Origin: Lepidodermella squamata
Lineage: Eukaryota; Animalia; Gastrotricha
Direction of reading: 5' to 3'
Assembly (NCBI GenBank): GCA_047495785.1
Contig: JBLDXI010000046.1
Location: 744,001-808,000, forward strand
Length of the DNA stretch: 64,000 nucleotides
Positions 48,001 through 60,700 of this stretch are shown here, piece by piece; the first letter of the stretch is position 1; each line of letters starts with the position of its first letter. The notes beneath the pieces are model-generated. The model searched no databases and had not been told where the DNA came from. It was given only the letters and a program-made list of their open reading frames with translations. The position numbers and the translations under genes are program-made.

Positions 48001-49579
48001 TAGTTTCAAGATGACGTAAAAATTGCGTCAAATCGAAGCGAAAAATGCCACCTTTTACCTGTCACCCATCACCTACTGTTGCCATAGTTGCAATAAACTG
48101 AAGTATACTAAAAAAGCCTAAATCCGAGTCATCATTCAACGACGCTAACGATATGGCAATGCGACAAATAATTTCGCATATTTGGAAACCAGGTGCCTAT
48201 AGAGCTGTTCGTAAATTTATGAAGAATTATCAATGAGAAGAAATCGTAACCTAAATAAGACGGATGATGATTGAGGAGCTCTAAACTAATGTTAGATATG
48301 AAACAGGTACCACTTCCTGCTACAGGCATGTATCACATGGACTCTTTGAAGATGGACGAAATTTATCGCAATAACAAACAAAACCAAAAACGATAACAGT
48401 CTCTCTGAAAAGACAGCTTAAAATCATAGCCACCCTGTGTAAATAGCTGAAGATTAGCTATAAACTGGTGGGTGTAAATAGCAAGTTAATGCGACCCAGC
48501 AGGTGGGTGCAAATAGCAAGTTATTGACACCCAGTGGGTGTAAATAGTCAGTTATTGACACCCACTGGGGGGTGTAGATAGCCACTTCCTTAATAATAAA
48601 CCCAAATGAAAATACATACATTATTTTCCGGGTATTTCTGCCATAAATTTGAAATTTCCTAAAAATCCCTGAACAATGCCGGTAAAAAACCCTGAAAATA
48701 ACCTAAAATTCCTAAGCAATGCTCTGAACTTTGACCTCGAAAGCCTCGGACATTTTTAGAGCTTTCTGGCTTCTTAAATTAGCCATAAATCAAGGTAAAA
48801 TCGTCCGGACTTGCGGAAAGCGGCATTCGATACCCTAAGCACTCCCCTTTAATTCTGCTTTTGCCGAATATTTTCTAAAAATTCACCTGGCTGGCAAAGT
48901 AGGAAAAACCTGAAAAGCGGCCGAAATTAGGGTGGGGTCCTCTAACCGGAAAATAATGTATGAATTTTCGTTCGGATGTAAATTGAACTTACCGGGAGAA
49001 TATTTATCCGCGATTTTCCCGCGAAATCGAAAGCTCACCGGGGAAAATCCCGATGATAATTGATTTGGTATTTTACCAGGTTGGACCAGGTTGGATTTTC
49101 TTCTTTTTTCAAGAGATTTATAGTTGATGACTAATCTAGAGACATTTTATATTGAAATTGTGTTCTAGGTTCCCATCGTCGGCTATGGGACGTATGACCT
49201 GGTTCGTTTCGACCAAGAGGTGATTTTAGAAATTATACTTAAAATGGAACACTTATTTCATCACCTGAATATTTTCAGACTCTGGGAATCAAATTCGCAG
49301 TCGCTGGCATGCCAATGTCTCGTATGTCACATACTTATTTATATATGAAGTAGAAATCAATTTTGACTGGTTTTATTTTCGCCTTTAGACGTCTACAGCT
49401 ACAAGGAGGCCCCTATTCCTGTGCCTCAAATGGTGAGTGCGAAGTGTCATAACAGGCTCATCCAAAATATTTTTTTTTAGTTCACGGAACTGGCCATGGA
49501 AGGATTTGGGGAGAGCTGTGCGCATCAGGCCGACGCATTGGCTCCACTTGATGGCGATTCGGTTATTCTGGTGGAGTGA
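45009..49579 (+). CDS. Paralog P8 (shuffled architecture, short acidic tail)
   Basis: Exons 45009-45092, 45385-45465 (KTLQWFFCFICNL...), 45534-45614, 45672-45758, 46127-46255, 49169-49219, 49279-49321, 49389-49432 (HVYSYKE), 49481-49579. Open from ATG to TGA; exon boundaries mirrored in P9. Confidence 0.8.
45793..46099. mobile_element. CAGCGTGTCCCATA-family MITE in a P8 intron
   Basis: TA|cagcgagtccca ... tatgggacacgctg|TA. Confidence 0.8.
46564..48589. mobile_element. Non-autonomous Mutator/foldback-like element, 2026 bp
   Basis: GG...CC ends, 130-160 bp TIRs built of ctatttacacccac/gtgggtgt sub-repeats, perfect 9-bp TSD TTAATAATA (46555-46563 and 48590-48598); absent from the P9 duplicate. 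Confidence 0.9.
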
Positions 49580-50828
49580 CCTTCGCAGATTCACAATTTT
49601 CTGATTGGTTTGATCGAATTGAAATTAGTTGCATAAAAAGCTATTTTTTCATTTTTTCCACAAATTCTTCGCATTCGCGTTTCTTCTATAAAAAATGTCA
49701 ACCAATCAGAAAATTGTGGATTCACTGGTACCATGCTGAGATGACGAAAAATACCCATCCGGGTAAAACGGACATTATATAAAATGTATACCTTCGATTT
49801 ATATATCGTTGCTTTTAATATTATTGTTGGTGTAGGGCGCGTCTCATCATCGAAAAGAAATGATGTATAAAATTAGAAAATGAGCAGATTATTTATTATT
49901 ATTAGCAATATATATGCGAAAATCGTAGAAAGACGTATTTTCTGAGCCAGATATATTTGATATCAATTTTCTGAAGGAGGTCAGCCACTGTATTAACTCT
50001 GCTTTTCAAACCTGGTTTTGAACACTATTTCGTTGTTTTATTGCTGATGAAGAGGTTACGAACTCGCTTACAGTTGGAAAATACGGAAATCAATTTATTA
50101 TATTTTAATTAGTTTAGTATTAATGGCCAATTTAGTGACGTCTCACTCATGTGTGTTGTAATTTATAACTGCCTGTGAGACCATTTTTAGGTCTAAAATG
50201 AAATACCTGTTGCTCGTAAGACTTCGATCTACGTGATAAACAATAATATTATGTGCCAATATTATTCATATTTTTGCAATAGAAGGACTATCATCTTCTC
50301 TCTCCTCATACATCTTTCTCTTCTCGGTGGAACTACTGTGTCTCGTTAAAATGGAATCCAAAATGTGATAATGTATCCCGACTAGTCGATCTAAGCTTTT
50401 ACTGGTACGAACAAAAGCCAAATTACATCAAGTATTTGTAGTCATAATTAATAGAATTAACGGAAAATCGATTGAGTGGTTTATAGGTATAGATCATTTT
50501 CTCGCTCAAATCAATTGTAGAATTTGCGTCTGATCCAACTCTAAAAATTGAACCATGCCTTAATGAAATTAATTCGATGAATTATGCAGAACTGTTAGAA
50601 ATTGAATGGTGTCTATTCTTATTTATTTTTTATTATAATCATTGCCGATGCGCCCAGAGACCACCAGCGGCTCATGCAAATTGAGTAATTATTGTCAAAA
50701 TAAAAGACATGCTTGCTGAATCATCTTATGAAGAAAATAAATTCTATACTTAAATGTTTTTTTGTGATTTTTATATTTTTGCTAGGAATTTTTCCAGTAA
50801 CCAGGCATGAAATAATTGGGTCCTCCTG

Positions 50829-50920
50829 TTAGCGGAACCAAATTTACGGTGAGCGGAACCAAAAAGCAAATTTGGTTCCGCTACAGCAAATTCCGCTCAA
50901 CGTAAATTTGGTTCCGCTAA
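50829..50920. repeat. 92-nt near-perfect hairpin
   Basis: ttagcggaaccaaatttacggtgagcggaa pairs with ttccgctcaacgtaaatttggttccgctaa (one mismatch); related gcggaaccaa motifs at 6965-7200. Confidence 0.8.
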
Positions 50921-52717
50921 AAAACATTCCGGAAATAATTTTTCAACCTCGAAGTCGAAAATTTCCATTTCGAATAAGTCATGAAAACACGATAATAACC
51001 GGAGCATGACTGATCTCTGGATGTATTAACTCCGGGCTACAAATCGCTATAGAGCCTCTGAAAAATTTCGAGAAATATTTGAATCGTGGTTTCTTATTGC
51101 CGGTTATGTGTGGAAAAGATCGCGTTTTCTGCAATTATTGTTCAATGTAGATGATTGTGCCTTATCTCGGCGCAGTACCTATAGAGGCGAGAGAGGCAAT
51201 AATCGACAGATGAATACCTGCCTGCTTTGTTGCCAAGATATTCTAATATCTGCAAAATTCCCTATTTCCTTGAACAGTGAGATAATAGCGGCAAAGTAGG
51301 TGATGCAAATCGAATTCATGAGTACTTCTTCAACATTCGTTGATAGCAGTTTTATCTCTTGAGGTCTTTTCCCGTTATTCCGCGAAACAACTTGAAGCCA
51401 TTGGCTATTCCAGAACTTCGAGAGCTTTCACAGCGAATTTCGGGGACTTAATTTGTTTTCCGACTGATCAATTAATGAGACTGTTCACAAGAAAAGGGAA
51501 GAAAACTTGCACAATTGAGATCGGGCATCTCGAGAGAATCCATTAGGTATGCATTCTTCAACGTGTTCTTCCTTTTTCTATCGAACGGTTTCAATTGGTA
51601 CCAGAGTTTTCAACAGCGATAGGAAAAACATAAAATGACATATCCGGCTCTCTCAATGCAGGATCTGATTGGCTATATCCATCTGGCGACCTTATGGGCG
51701 CGAGCGTCGTTGTCATGGATATTGAAAACATTATTTTTTTAATTAATATAAAATTTTTGTTTTTGGCATGTAATTAATTGTTTTTTGTTTTTTCGGTCAT
51801 AACTTCAGGCGCGAATTACGTTTTCCATAAATAATGTTTTCTTCTGGTTCGCAAAACCGATACACTCGCAAAATTCCGATACGAAGGTGCCATCGTCAAA
51901 TCAGAGGTTGGCAATCATTGGTAAAACTCTCTTACTGACTCGGTCGAGCTCATGTCAACGGACCGTAAGCGTCTTTTTGATTTGGCAAGTCCGAAGGGTG
52001 CAAAACCCATAGGATGACGCTTCCTACAATACAAACTTCGACAATACAGCAAACTGATCGAACCTCACTGCTTACTGTCCTCCTTATTGTTGTACTTACT
52101 GTACTTTCCCGATCTTACTGTACTTCAAATGTATTCAAATGTATTCAAATGTAGCCGTTGAGGACCTTCTTTGTTTAGTAATATAGATGAGGTCACGCTT
52201 TTTATTACTCAGCCAGCAGCTAGCAGCTAACAACCAACCGCTTTCTCGTCCACACATAATGCAAGAGATAGGTGGAACCAAGCCTGCCGCCTGCCGCAAG
52301 CAAGGTTTGAGAACCTCTGCGATACGGCATATAGGTAACAAATCCTTCATAAGAAAGGAAAGGAATTCTAAGAAATTCCTCTTAAAAATGATGCCGAGTC
52401 ATAAGCGAAGCGAGGAAATGTCGAAGATTTCCTACTGAGCTAATCAAAATAGGCGGCTAAATTTTCATTTTCCATTCCGAAGTGAAGGGAAGAGGGCGAT
52501 CGCTTCATCCCCCTTGTTATCGCACATTAGGGCTTCACTAGCGTTCAACAAGTTACTGAAATCAGAAATCCTATATCCCACAGAAAAGATTTTGGTCGAC
52601 TCAGCGTCACGTGCCGAGTTCGAAAATATTCGAAAACTCCTGCCGAAAATTTTTGTTTCCTAAAAGTAAAGGTTATATTCTATGTGCTTCTAGTATTTTT
52701 AACTTCAAGTTTGAGAC

Positions 52718-55700
52718 ATGAATAGCCAATCCAACTGCACAAAGACGCCGGGCTCGCTTGACGAAGTTCCCCAATCATCGATTGCAGCGAATTTTCTGGT
52801 TTGAAATTTATTTTTTATCTGCTGATAATTGCGGTTTTCTGTGTTTATTTGGTTATGAATTTATGAATTTGATTTTGACATGGGGAATTAAGCAATCTTG
52901 GATGGGTCAGAATACAGAAACACTTTTCTTGTACGAATGACTGTATGAATCGAGGTTCCGCAGGAACCGAAGATGAATACAGTCATGAGTAAATTAAATT
53001 TACAAAACAGTCAATTACATTTTTAAGGTGGGGTTTTTATTCCAACATTTTGTGCTATTTTCGCAAGCCTCTTGTTAAGCCCACAAAGTGGCTGCAGATA
53101 GTGCGCATGTAAGCATAGGATTACGATATGCCTAGCCTATTATTTCTTTTATCTCTGACTTTTTGAATCTCAGAAAACCTTGCAATGGCTTTTCTGTTTC
53201 ATCTGCAACCTGTGGAGCACGAATGCGAATATCGAAGGAGAAGACGATCGTAATGAGGTTTGTCTAGACTGCCGATCACGTTCTATCGGGTTGCGGCTCA
53301 ACTGTGTGATCTTTGTCATTTGCAGGTTGATCTTTGCGAAGTGGATATCGACCCGGAATTTACGGCTACTGGAGCAATGGTCGATACTGAAAGCGCTCAA
53401 GCTCTCGTTAGTATTGTTATTTTAGGGGGGTTTTTCGTTTGAGACTTCGTTTGCTATATGATATAGGGCGGTCCAACAGTCGATCAGCCGACGATCCCTG
53501 TTGCGTCTAACCTGCCTGAGCCGCCGAAATGTCAGTCCGGTTGGCCTGGAATGGTACGTTTTTTGGTTGAATTTGTCCCAAGAATCAAGACGGCTCATTA
53601 GAAAGGCCCATTCGAAAGGATGGTCGCTTATAGGGTAATGCCGGCCTACGAAGAGATTCGTCATGAGTAACTGAATACACCAAATTTTTGACACTTTGAG
53701 CGATTATTGACTCGAGTTTCTAATTTATTTTTACATCGAAATGAGCGTCTCTACGAAAATAATCTTATAGTGCAAAAAATTGGGAAGTCAGGCCTGCCGG
53801 GGGGTCAACAAATCGAATTGCGGAAATCGAGTTTTTCAGAGTCATTTGACCTTGACATAAATTACTAATTTTAATTTTGGAATTTACATTAAAATTTGGG
53901 AAATATTCCAGCATGCCGAAATTTATTATTTTTTTTTGCTGCAGGAATTTTACTAGTTTTGAGCCATGTGACACAGCGTATCCCAGAACTAATTCAACCA
54001 TTTTTTTTAATTTAACCTACCCTGAGAAAATTGCATCTTTTATCCGCGATTATACGGAAGAAATTGAAAATATTGATTTTTCTACAAATTTCTGGCCTCG
54101 AGAGTTGCTGGTCATTTTTCCGTATTTTCATTTGTTTTTGCTCCTACTGTTACTTATGCAGCTGTCATTAATTTTAGGAAACCTTGCGGCGTTTGTGCTG
54201 TTTTATTTGCGATCTGTGGAAAACGAGAGCGAAGCGCGGTGAGCCTGAACTGCCTGAACTGCCAAGCTGCGTCGCTTCAACATCTCAACCTGCTGGCTTG
54301 CCTTTAACGGTATTCATCTCATTTTTGAGGTGGACCGAATATCCACAATTTTCCAAATATTTTTCGTTTGGCTTGGAATTGTGAACTTTGTGAGAAATTT
54401 CGTGATTTTGATATTTATATTTTCTGATACTGTCTAATACTTGCTGTCATTTATTTTAGGATCCCCTGTCGTTGTTGTTGTACGATCGCACCAGTGGAAG
54501 ACAGGTAGCTTATATCGAACCTAAGGATAATAACAAGGTTTGTTCTCTGTCGATACTAAAAGTCTTGGTCTCATAGGCGAAAATTGGTCCTGAAAGAGTG
54601 TACAATCACTCGGCGAGTAATAATTTCGCTGTAGGACCAATAAGTAGCTCTCTTTTCTACCGTCTATAAAAATGCTGCCGTAAAAAAATATTTGAAAATG
54701 TAAAAATTATTAGCCGGATTTTTTTTATACTTCAAAGTGCCCATTATGAACACTATTTTTAATGCGGAACCAAATTCATCTTGTGGACTCAAAATTGATT
54801 TTTAAATAATTCCAAGAATTTCGGGCGACATTATGATTTCTTAGGTGAAATTTTATACGCTGAATTTTAAAATATTTTCTTTTTGATGTTCCGACAGGCG
54901 GTTTCGGGCTCCACGAATATTCCAAAATTTAGAGAAAATATACCTCAATTTTTAAAATTATCCAAAGTAAAAAAGTGCATTATAGCGGATCCGATACGTT
55001 GTTATAACAATTTGTAATTTTGCATTTTTTTGGGGGAGATTTTAACTATTTTCGGGGCATTTTATAATTGGCATTGTGTTCTAGGTAACCATCGTCAGCA
55101 ATGGCACTTATGACCTGGTTTGCTTCGACCATGCGGTGAGTTTAGAAATTATACTTCATGGAACACAAATGTCATCATTTGAATATTTTCAGACTCTGGA
55201 AATCAAAGTCGCTTCACTGTCACGTATGTTACATACTTACAGCGTGTCCCGTAAGTGCCGCAAACAATGAAAATGCACGATAAAAAAGAATCCCTAGCTC
55301 CGACATGAGAGACGAAGTCGCATCTCGTGGCCAGAAAATTCTTAGTAGGCTCTAAAATGCAATGAAAATACTAATACTAAGAATGATGTCTCACCCCGTA
55401 TCGGATCGGATCGGGTCCGGGTTTGGGATTCCGAAGTCCGAAGGACAACTCTGTAATGTCTCTTGTTAATGGGATTAATAAAGCCCGGAAAAATTTGGTC
55501 CAACCGGGTAAAATACCGAAAATTACCGAACCACTTACCATCTGTGCTTTCCGGGTTGTCTCCGGTAAATTTTTAATTTCTTCGGTAAAATCTCCATGGA
55601 AGGAGTGAAAAATTCTCCATATGGGCTTTATTTCCAAACAAATTTTAGTTTAATTTTAATTTTTTTCGAAATGGTTGCGCAACTTATGGGACATGAATCA

Positions 55701-55926
55701 TATTTTAGCTTTGACTGGTTTTATTTTCGCCTTCAGATGTTTACAGCTACAAGGCCCTTGGTCCGGTTACTCAACTGGTGAGTACAAAGTGTCCTTGCAT
55801 AATCAGCTCATCTAATTAAAAAAAATGGTTTTATTTTAGTTCACGGGACTGGCCTCTGAAGAATTTGGAGAGAGCCGTGGAAATCAGGCCGACGCTCCAC
55901 TTGATTCGGTTATTATGGTGGAGTGA
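52718..55926 (+). CDS. Paralog P9 (duplicate of P8)
   Basis: Exons 52718-52798, 53174-53257, 53326-53406, 53467-53553, 54178-54309, 54460-54537, 55085-55135, 55193-55223, 55737-55777, 55840-55926. Open from ATG to TGA. Confidence 0.8.
55240..55693. mobile_element. CAGCGTGTCCC-family MITE in a P9 intron
   Basis: TA|cagcgtgtcccgtaag ... gttgcgcaacttatgggaca; absent from the equivalent short P8 intron. Confidence 0.7.
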
Positions 55927-57774
55927 CCTTACTAAATCCACAGTTTTCTGATTGGTTTTGGAAGAATTGAAACCTGGCCATTTTTTTCCACCTCTCGCAC
56001 ACTTCTTCGCCCCGCGTGTCTTCTTAAACATGTTCAAACCATCAGAAAATTGTGGAATCACTGGTCCCGCACGGAGATGGTGAAAAATACCCATTCGTGT
56101 AACTGACTTATATACATTTGATTGATAAGTATATCGTTGCTTCTAATATAATATCGTTGCTGTAGGCCGCATCTCGAAGAGAAATTATGTAAAATTATGA
56201 GCATAATATTATTTATTTCACGTTGAGGCAAAAATCGTAAACATATTTACCTGATGAGCCAAATATATTTGATGCGAATATTTATCAATTTAATGCGAAT
56301 GCGGCTTGAATCTGATTTTCAAACATGGGTTTGAACAATTTATCATTGCTTTATTCCACGTAAACCCGCTATAGTTGCAAAATGTGACTCTTCTTGAATT
56401 AGGAAGCCCTCGATAGTTTTATGGCCAATTTGGTAACGTCTCGCGCGTGTGTTTTGCATTGTGAGACTTTTTTCGGTCTAAAAATGAAAAAATACCTGTT
56501 GCTCGTACGACTTGCTGGTGCTGTTGCATCTAAGTGATAATAATATTATATGCCAATATTTAATTATATTTTTTGCAATGGAAGAACCATCTTCTCACTC
56601 CTCATACATCTTTCTCTTTCCTCGGTGGAACTGCTGTGTCTCGATGAAATTGAACCCAAAATGTGATTTATGTATCTCGACTAGTCGATCTAAGCTTCTG
56701 CTGATAGTAACAAAGGTGGATTAGAACAATGAATTTATGGAATTTTATAGAAATATTTTCTTAGGTATACAGGAGATTATTTTATCGCTCAAATCATTTG
56801 TAACAATTTTCGTCTGAAAAATTATATCACATACCCTGGTGAAATTTATTCGATGAATTATGCGGAGTTGTGAGAAATTAAATATTGTATATTCCTATTT
56901 ATCTATTTATCCCAGCAGAGACCACCCGCGGCCGATATAAACAATTATTTAATAATTATTATCACGATGAGAGATATGATTGCTGTATCATCTTATTAAG
57001 GAAATAAATTGCACTCTGATTATACGGTTTTTTTGTGATTTTCTATCAATTTTGCTAGGATTTTTTTCAGAAAGCTTGATGGGAACCAGCAAGATACAGC
57101 TGTAACCAGGCAGGAAGTAATTTTTGAACCTCGAGGTAGGAAATTTGCGGGATTTTCCATTTCGAAATCATAAAATTGCGAAAATTGCATGCTGATCTCT
57201 CGCCGGACTCGCTTCGGGGTTTTAGATCGGGAGGAAATTCGAATTCTCCATAGAGTAACCCTATTCCTAATACATGCACACTATCTGGAGCCCCTTTTTG
57301 GGGTGTTAAAGAGGCATACCACTGAAAATAGCATAAAAAATTGAAATGAATATTCCGCCAAATTGATTCAATTTGATTGAGCATAAAAAATTTGAATAAA
57401 AAGCCGCCTTAAAAATTATTCAGATATAAAAAATGAATCATACCTGCAATAAACATTGAATTCGCCTTGAAAATAAATCGATTATGCACGAATTGTTTGT
57501 TTATCTGAGATCTAAAACGTCAATTCTGTGAATAATGGCTTGTAGAAATGTTTGGGCTCAGCCGGTTCGTGACGTTAGAAATCTGCGGGGTAGCGTTCAT
57601 TTCGTGACCGGCGTGTTTTTTGCCGCCTCAACGGCACTACGGCGATGACCCCATTCGAGAGTGCAAAAACACCTGAGTCAAGGCCATCGTCGCATCATCT
57701 CACCAGAAAAAACAGCTACTATATAAAATTGTCTAAAACCTCCATTCTATTCATTCAATATTTTCGCATCTCAC

Positions 57775-60700
57775 ATGAATTTGACAATTTTTCTCAGTGT
57801 TTTTTCGACATTACTTCTCGCCGTTTCGATCGAGGCATCGGGCGAGAAGGACCTGGCCTGGTATGCCGGGTTGAACCGCCGCGACCCAGAGTCGGATAAT
57901 ATCATCCCGATGACAGTGCTCAACATTTCGACATCGCTGAGTATCACCGGCTGGGCGGTTGATGTCGAGGCGAACATCACGTATTTCCTCGAGGATGGCA
58001 TGTCTGAATCTGAGGCGGAATTCGTTTTCCCCATCGAGGCAAGCGCGGCCGTCTATCGGCTCGAGGCCGATGTGGCTGGCCGGCGAATCATCGGCAAGGT
58101 GAAGCGGCGCGAGGAAGCTAGAGCTCTCTATGAGTAAGTCAAACTTCAAGATTTTCATCAAAATTGAAATTGAAATTTCATTGAAATTTGAATAAAAAAT
58201 TGAAATTTAAAATTCATTGAAATTTGAATAAAATATTGAAATTTAAATTTTGAAGTGAAAAAATTTTAAAATTTGAATTTAAAATAAAAAAGAAAATAGT
58301 TTGAAATTTTGACAAAATTTAATATAGTGGGGAAATAGCGCTTTTTTGCTTTTTTAACCGAAATTGAAGTTTGCTTTAATTCTCATCATTTTTAAAATAA
58401 TTTTTTTGAATTTTTTAGACAAGCTGTGGCTGAAGGCAAACGGGCGTTTTTCCTGGAAAATCAAGCCGACGCCACTGACGTGTTCCGCCTGCTAGTCGGG
58501 TCGATCAAGCCCAACGACCTGGTGACAGTCACCATCCGCTACGCCGCGCCCATCGAACGCGACCGAATCAACGGCGATTTACGCTACACCCTGCCCATCG
58601 TCCTGTGCCCGCGCCACCCGCTCGGCCCGTCCGAACTCGACCCAGTCCTGCATAAAACCCAGTTCCATCTCGGCTCGTCCTGGGTGGGTTACGCCCCGAA
58701 TCAGTACTCGATGGCTATCAACGCGGATATCAACATCGGAAATGTTGGGCAAATCGCTAAAATTTGGCCGACCGACAAACGCGACGATTCGATTTTGGAC
58801 ATCAAAATTTTCGCGAATAAAACACGCGCGACCGTTCGAATGACCGGCGAATTTGTTCAGGACCACGATTTTGGCTTGATTATCCGCCTCGAGTCTTGCA
58901 TGGAGCCTGAGGTCTACATCGAGCCTGGCCGGCCTTTGGATGGCGATGTGAAGTGGAATCAGTACATAGTCGCAGCGGCGTGGTTTGACAATCAAATGGC
59001 GGCGATTACGGCGAATACGACCCAGAAGAATGAGTATTGGTTCATGGTCGATAGATCCAGGTCCATGTTGGATGATTTCAAACAGGAAAAGGCGAAACAG
59101 GTGCTGGAAATGTTGGTTCGAGCCCTGCCGCGGAATAGCAAGTTCAATATTGTTGGATTTGGTGGCAATTTGAACATCACCAAAACTTACGAATCGCTCT
59201 TCTTCGAGTAAGCTTAATTTTGAAATTTTAATTTTTGAAATTTAAAAATTTTGAATTTTGAGAATTAAAATTAAAATTTGCAAATAATTATCGAAATTTA
59301 AAAAATTTAAAATTTGTACCGCGACGAGTTGGGGCCAAGTTCGATTTTTTTTTGATAATTTTCTAATTTTGTATATAAATTTTACCATTTTTTAGGGCGG
59401 TTGAGAATAATAAGCTCAATTACGATGTCGCTATGGCTGCGATTCCTCGCATGGATGCCAATATTTGGGGCAATACGTATTTCGACCCGGCTCTGGATTT
59501 CATTTTCGGCCAGAGACTCGAGCGAAATGCGACTCGATTTTTGTTCATTCTAACCGATGGCGAGGTCAGCAATATCAATGGAACAATCCAGAAGGTGGGC
59601 CAAAATCGAAATACGACCCGCGTTTTCTCGATTGGCATCGGCAATGGCGCCAGTTCAGCTTTCATTCAGGTAAAAAAAATTGAAAAAAATCGAAAAATGT
59701 TGAAATTGAAAATTTAATTATTTTTAAATAGCGAAAATTCATGATTTATTGAAATTAAAAATTCAATTATTTTTTGTCTAATTTTTCAATTTGTTCCCAA
59801 TTTTTTAGGGAGTTGCGCTTGCTACAAATGGTGCTTTTGAAATGATTCGTGAAAAGTACAACACTGTTGAAAAGCGAATGCTGGCCATGATGCGGTACAC
59901 CACGCTGCCGATTATTGACGACATCAAACTGCAGTTCGACATTGACAGTGCCCGCAATCAGGCGTGGATGAATGACGACTTGCGAGCCCCTCGCACCCTG
60001 CCCGTTTCAGCACTGTCCGGTCGCTCTATCGGCCAATTTGTCATGATTCAGCGCAAGAGTGATGATGTCGAAGTTCGCGGCCGTGTATCAATCACAGGCA
60101 AAGTTGGACCAACTGTGTTGTCGAAATCACTCAGTTTCAAGGTAGGGATAATAAGGCTAAGGCTACGAGTCTCTAAAAAAAAATAAAAAAAATGGGAAAT
60201 TATTCAAAAAAGTTTGAAAATTCTTTCGCCTATAATAAATTTCGAAAAACAGATTGTAAATCCTGAAAAATTGAAATTTTCGAATTTTGGTACGGCGACA
60301 AAACAGCAACTGCGCAGAACAGCGAATGCGACGAAACAGCAACTTTTTTATTTCGCGACAAAAAAATCGAAAACTTACTGTGTAAACAATGCATCGTGTT
60401 TCTGCTGTTATGTCGCAAAAAATTTGCTGTTATGTCGCGTTTGCTGTTTTTGGGTATTTGCTGTTATGACGGTCTGCCCCAATTTTCAATGACTAATTTT
60501 TACATTTCGCATCGAGTCATTTTCAAAGATTATAATTTGAAAATATTCCAGAAAAACCCGGAAAATATTGCTCGAAGTTTTTCTCTTTTTTAAATTTTTT
60601 TTAAATTTTAAACTTTAACCAACTGCCGAATTTTGCTTCAAATGTTACTGATGGCTTTAATATGGTTTTTATTTATTTTTTTTGCTAATTTTTTATAGGT

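Larger units (their letters stand above)
44030..57070 (+). repeat. Tandem segmental duplication: about 44030-50800 vs about 52190-57070
   Basis: Colinear upstream (cacgctttttattac.cagcc..cagctagcagctaaca), exon, intron and more than 1 kb of 3' homology (ending ttttgtgattt...ttttgctagga); the two copies carry different TE insertions. Confidence 0.9.

Noticed and set aside
51100-51718. Possible minus-strand gene fragment (MTTTLAPIRSPDG...DMSFYVFP)
   Set aside because: Could not assemble a consistent spliced frame or recognise a domain.
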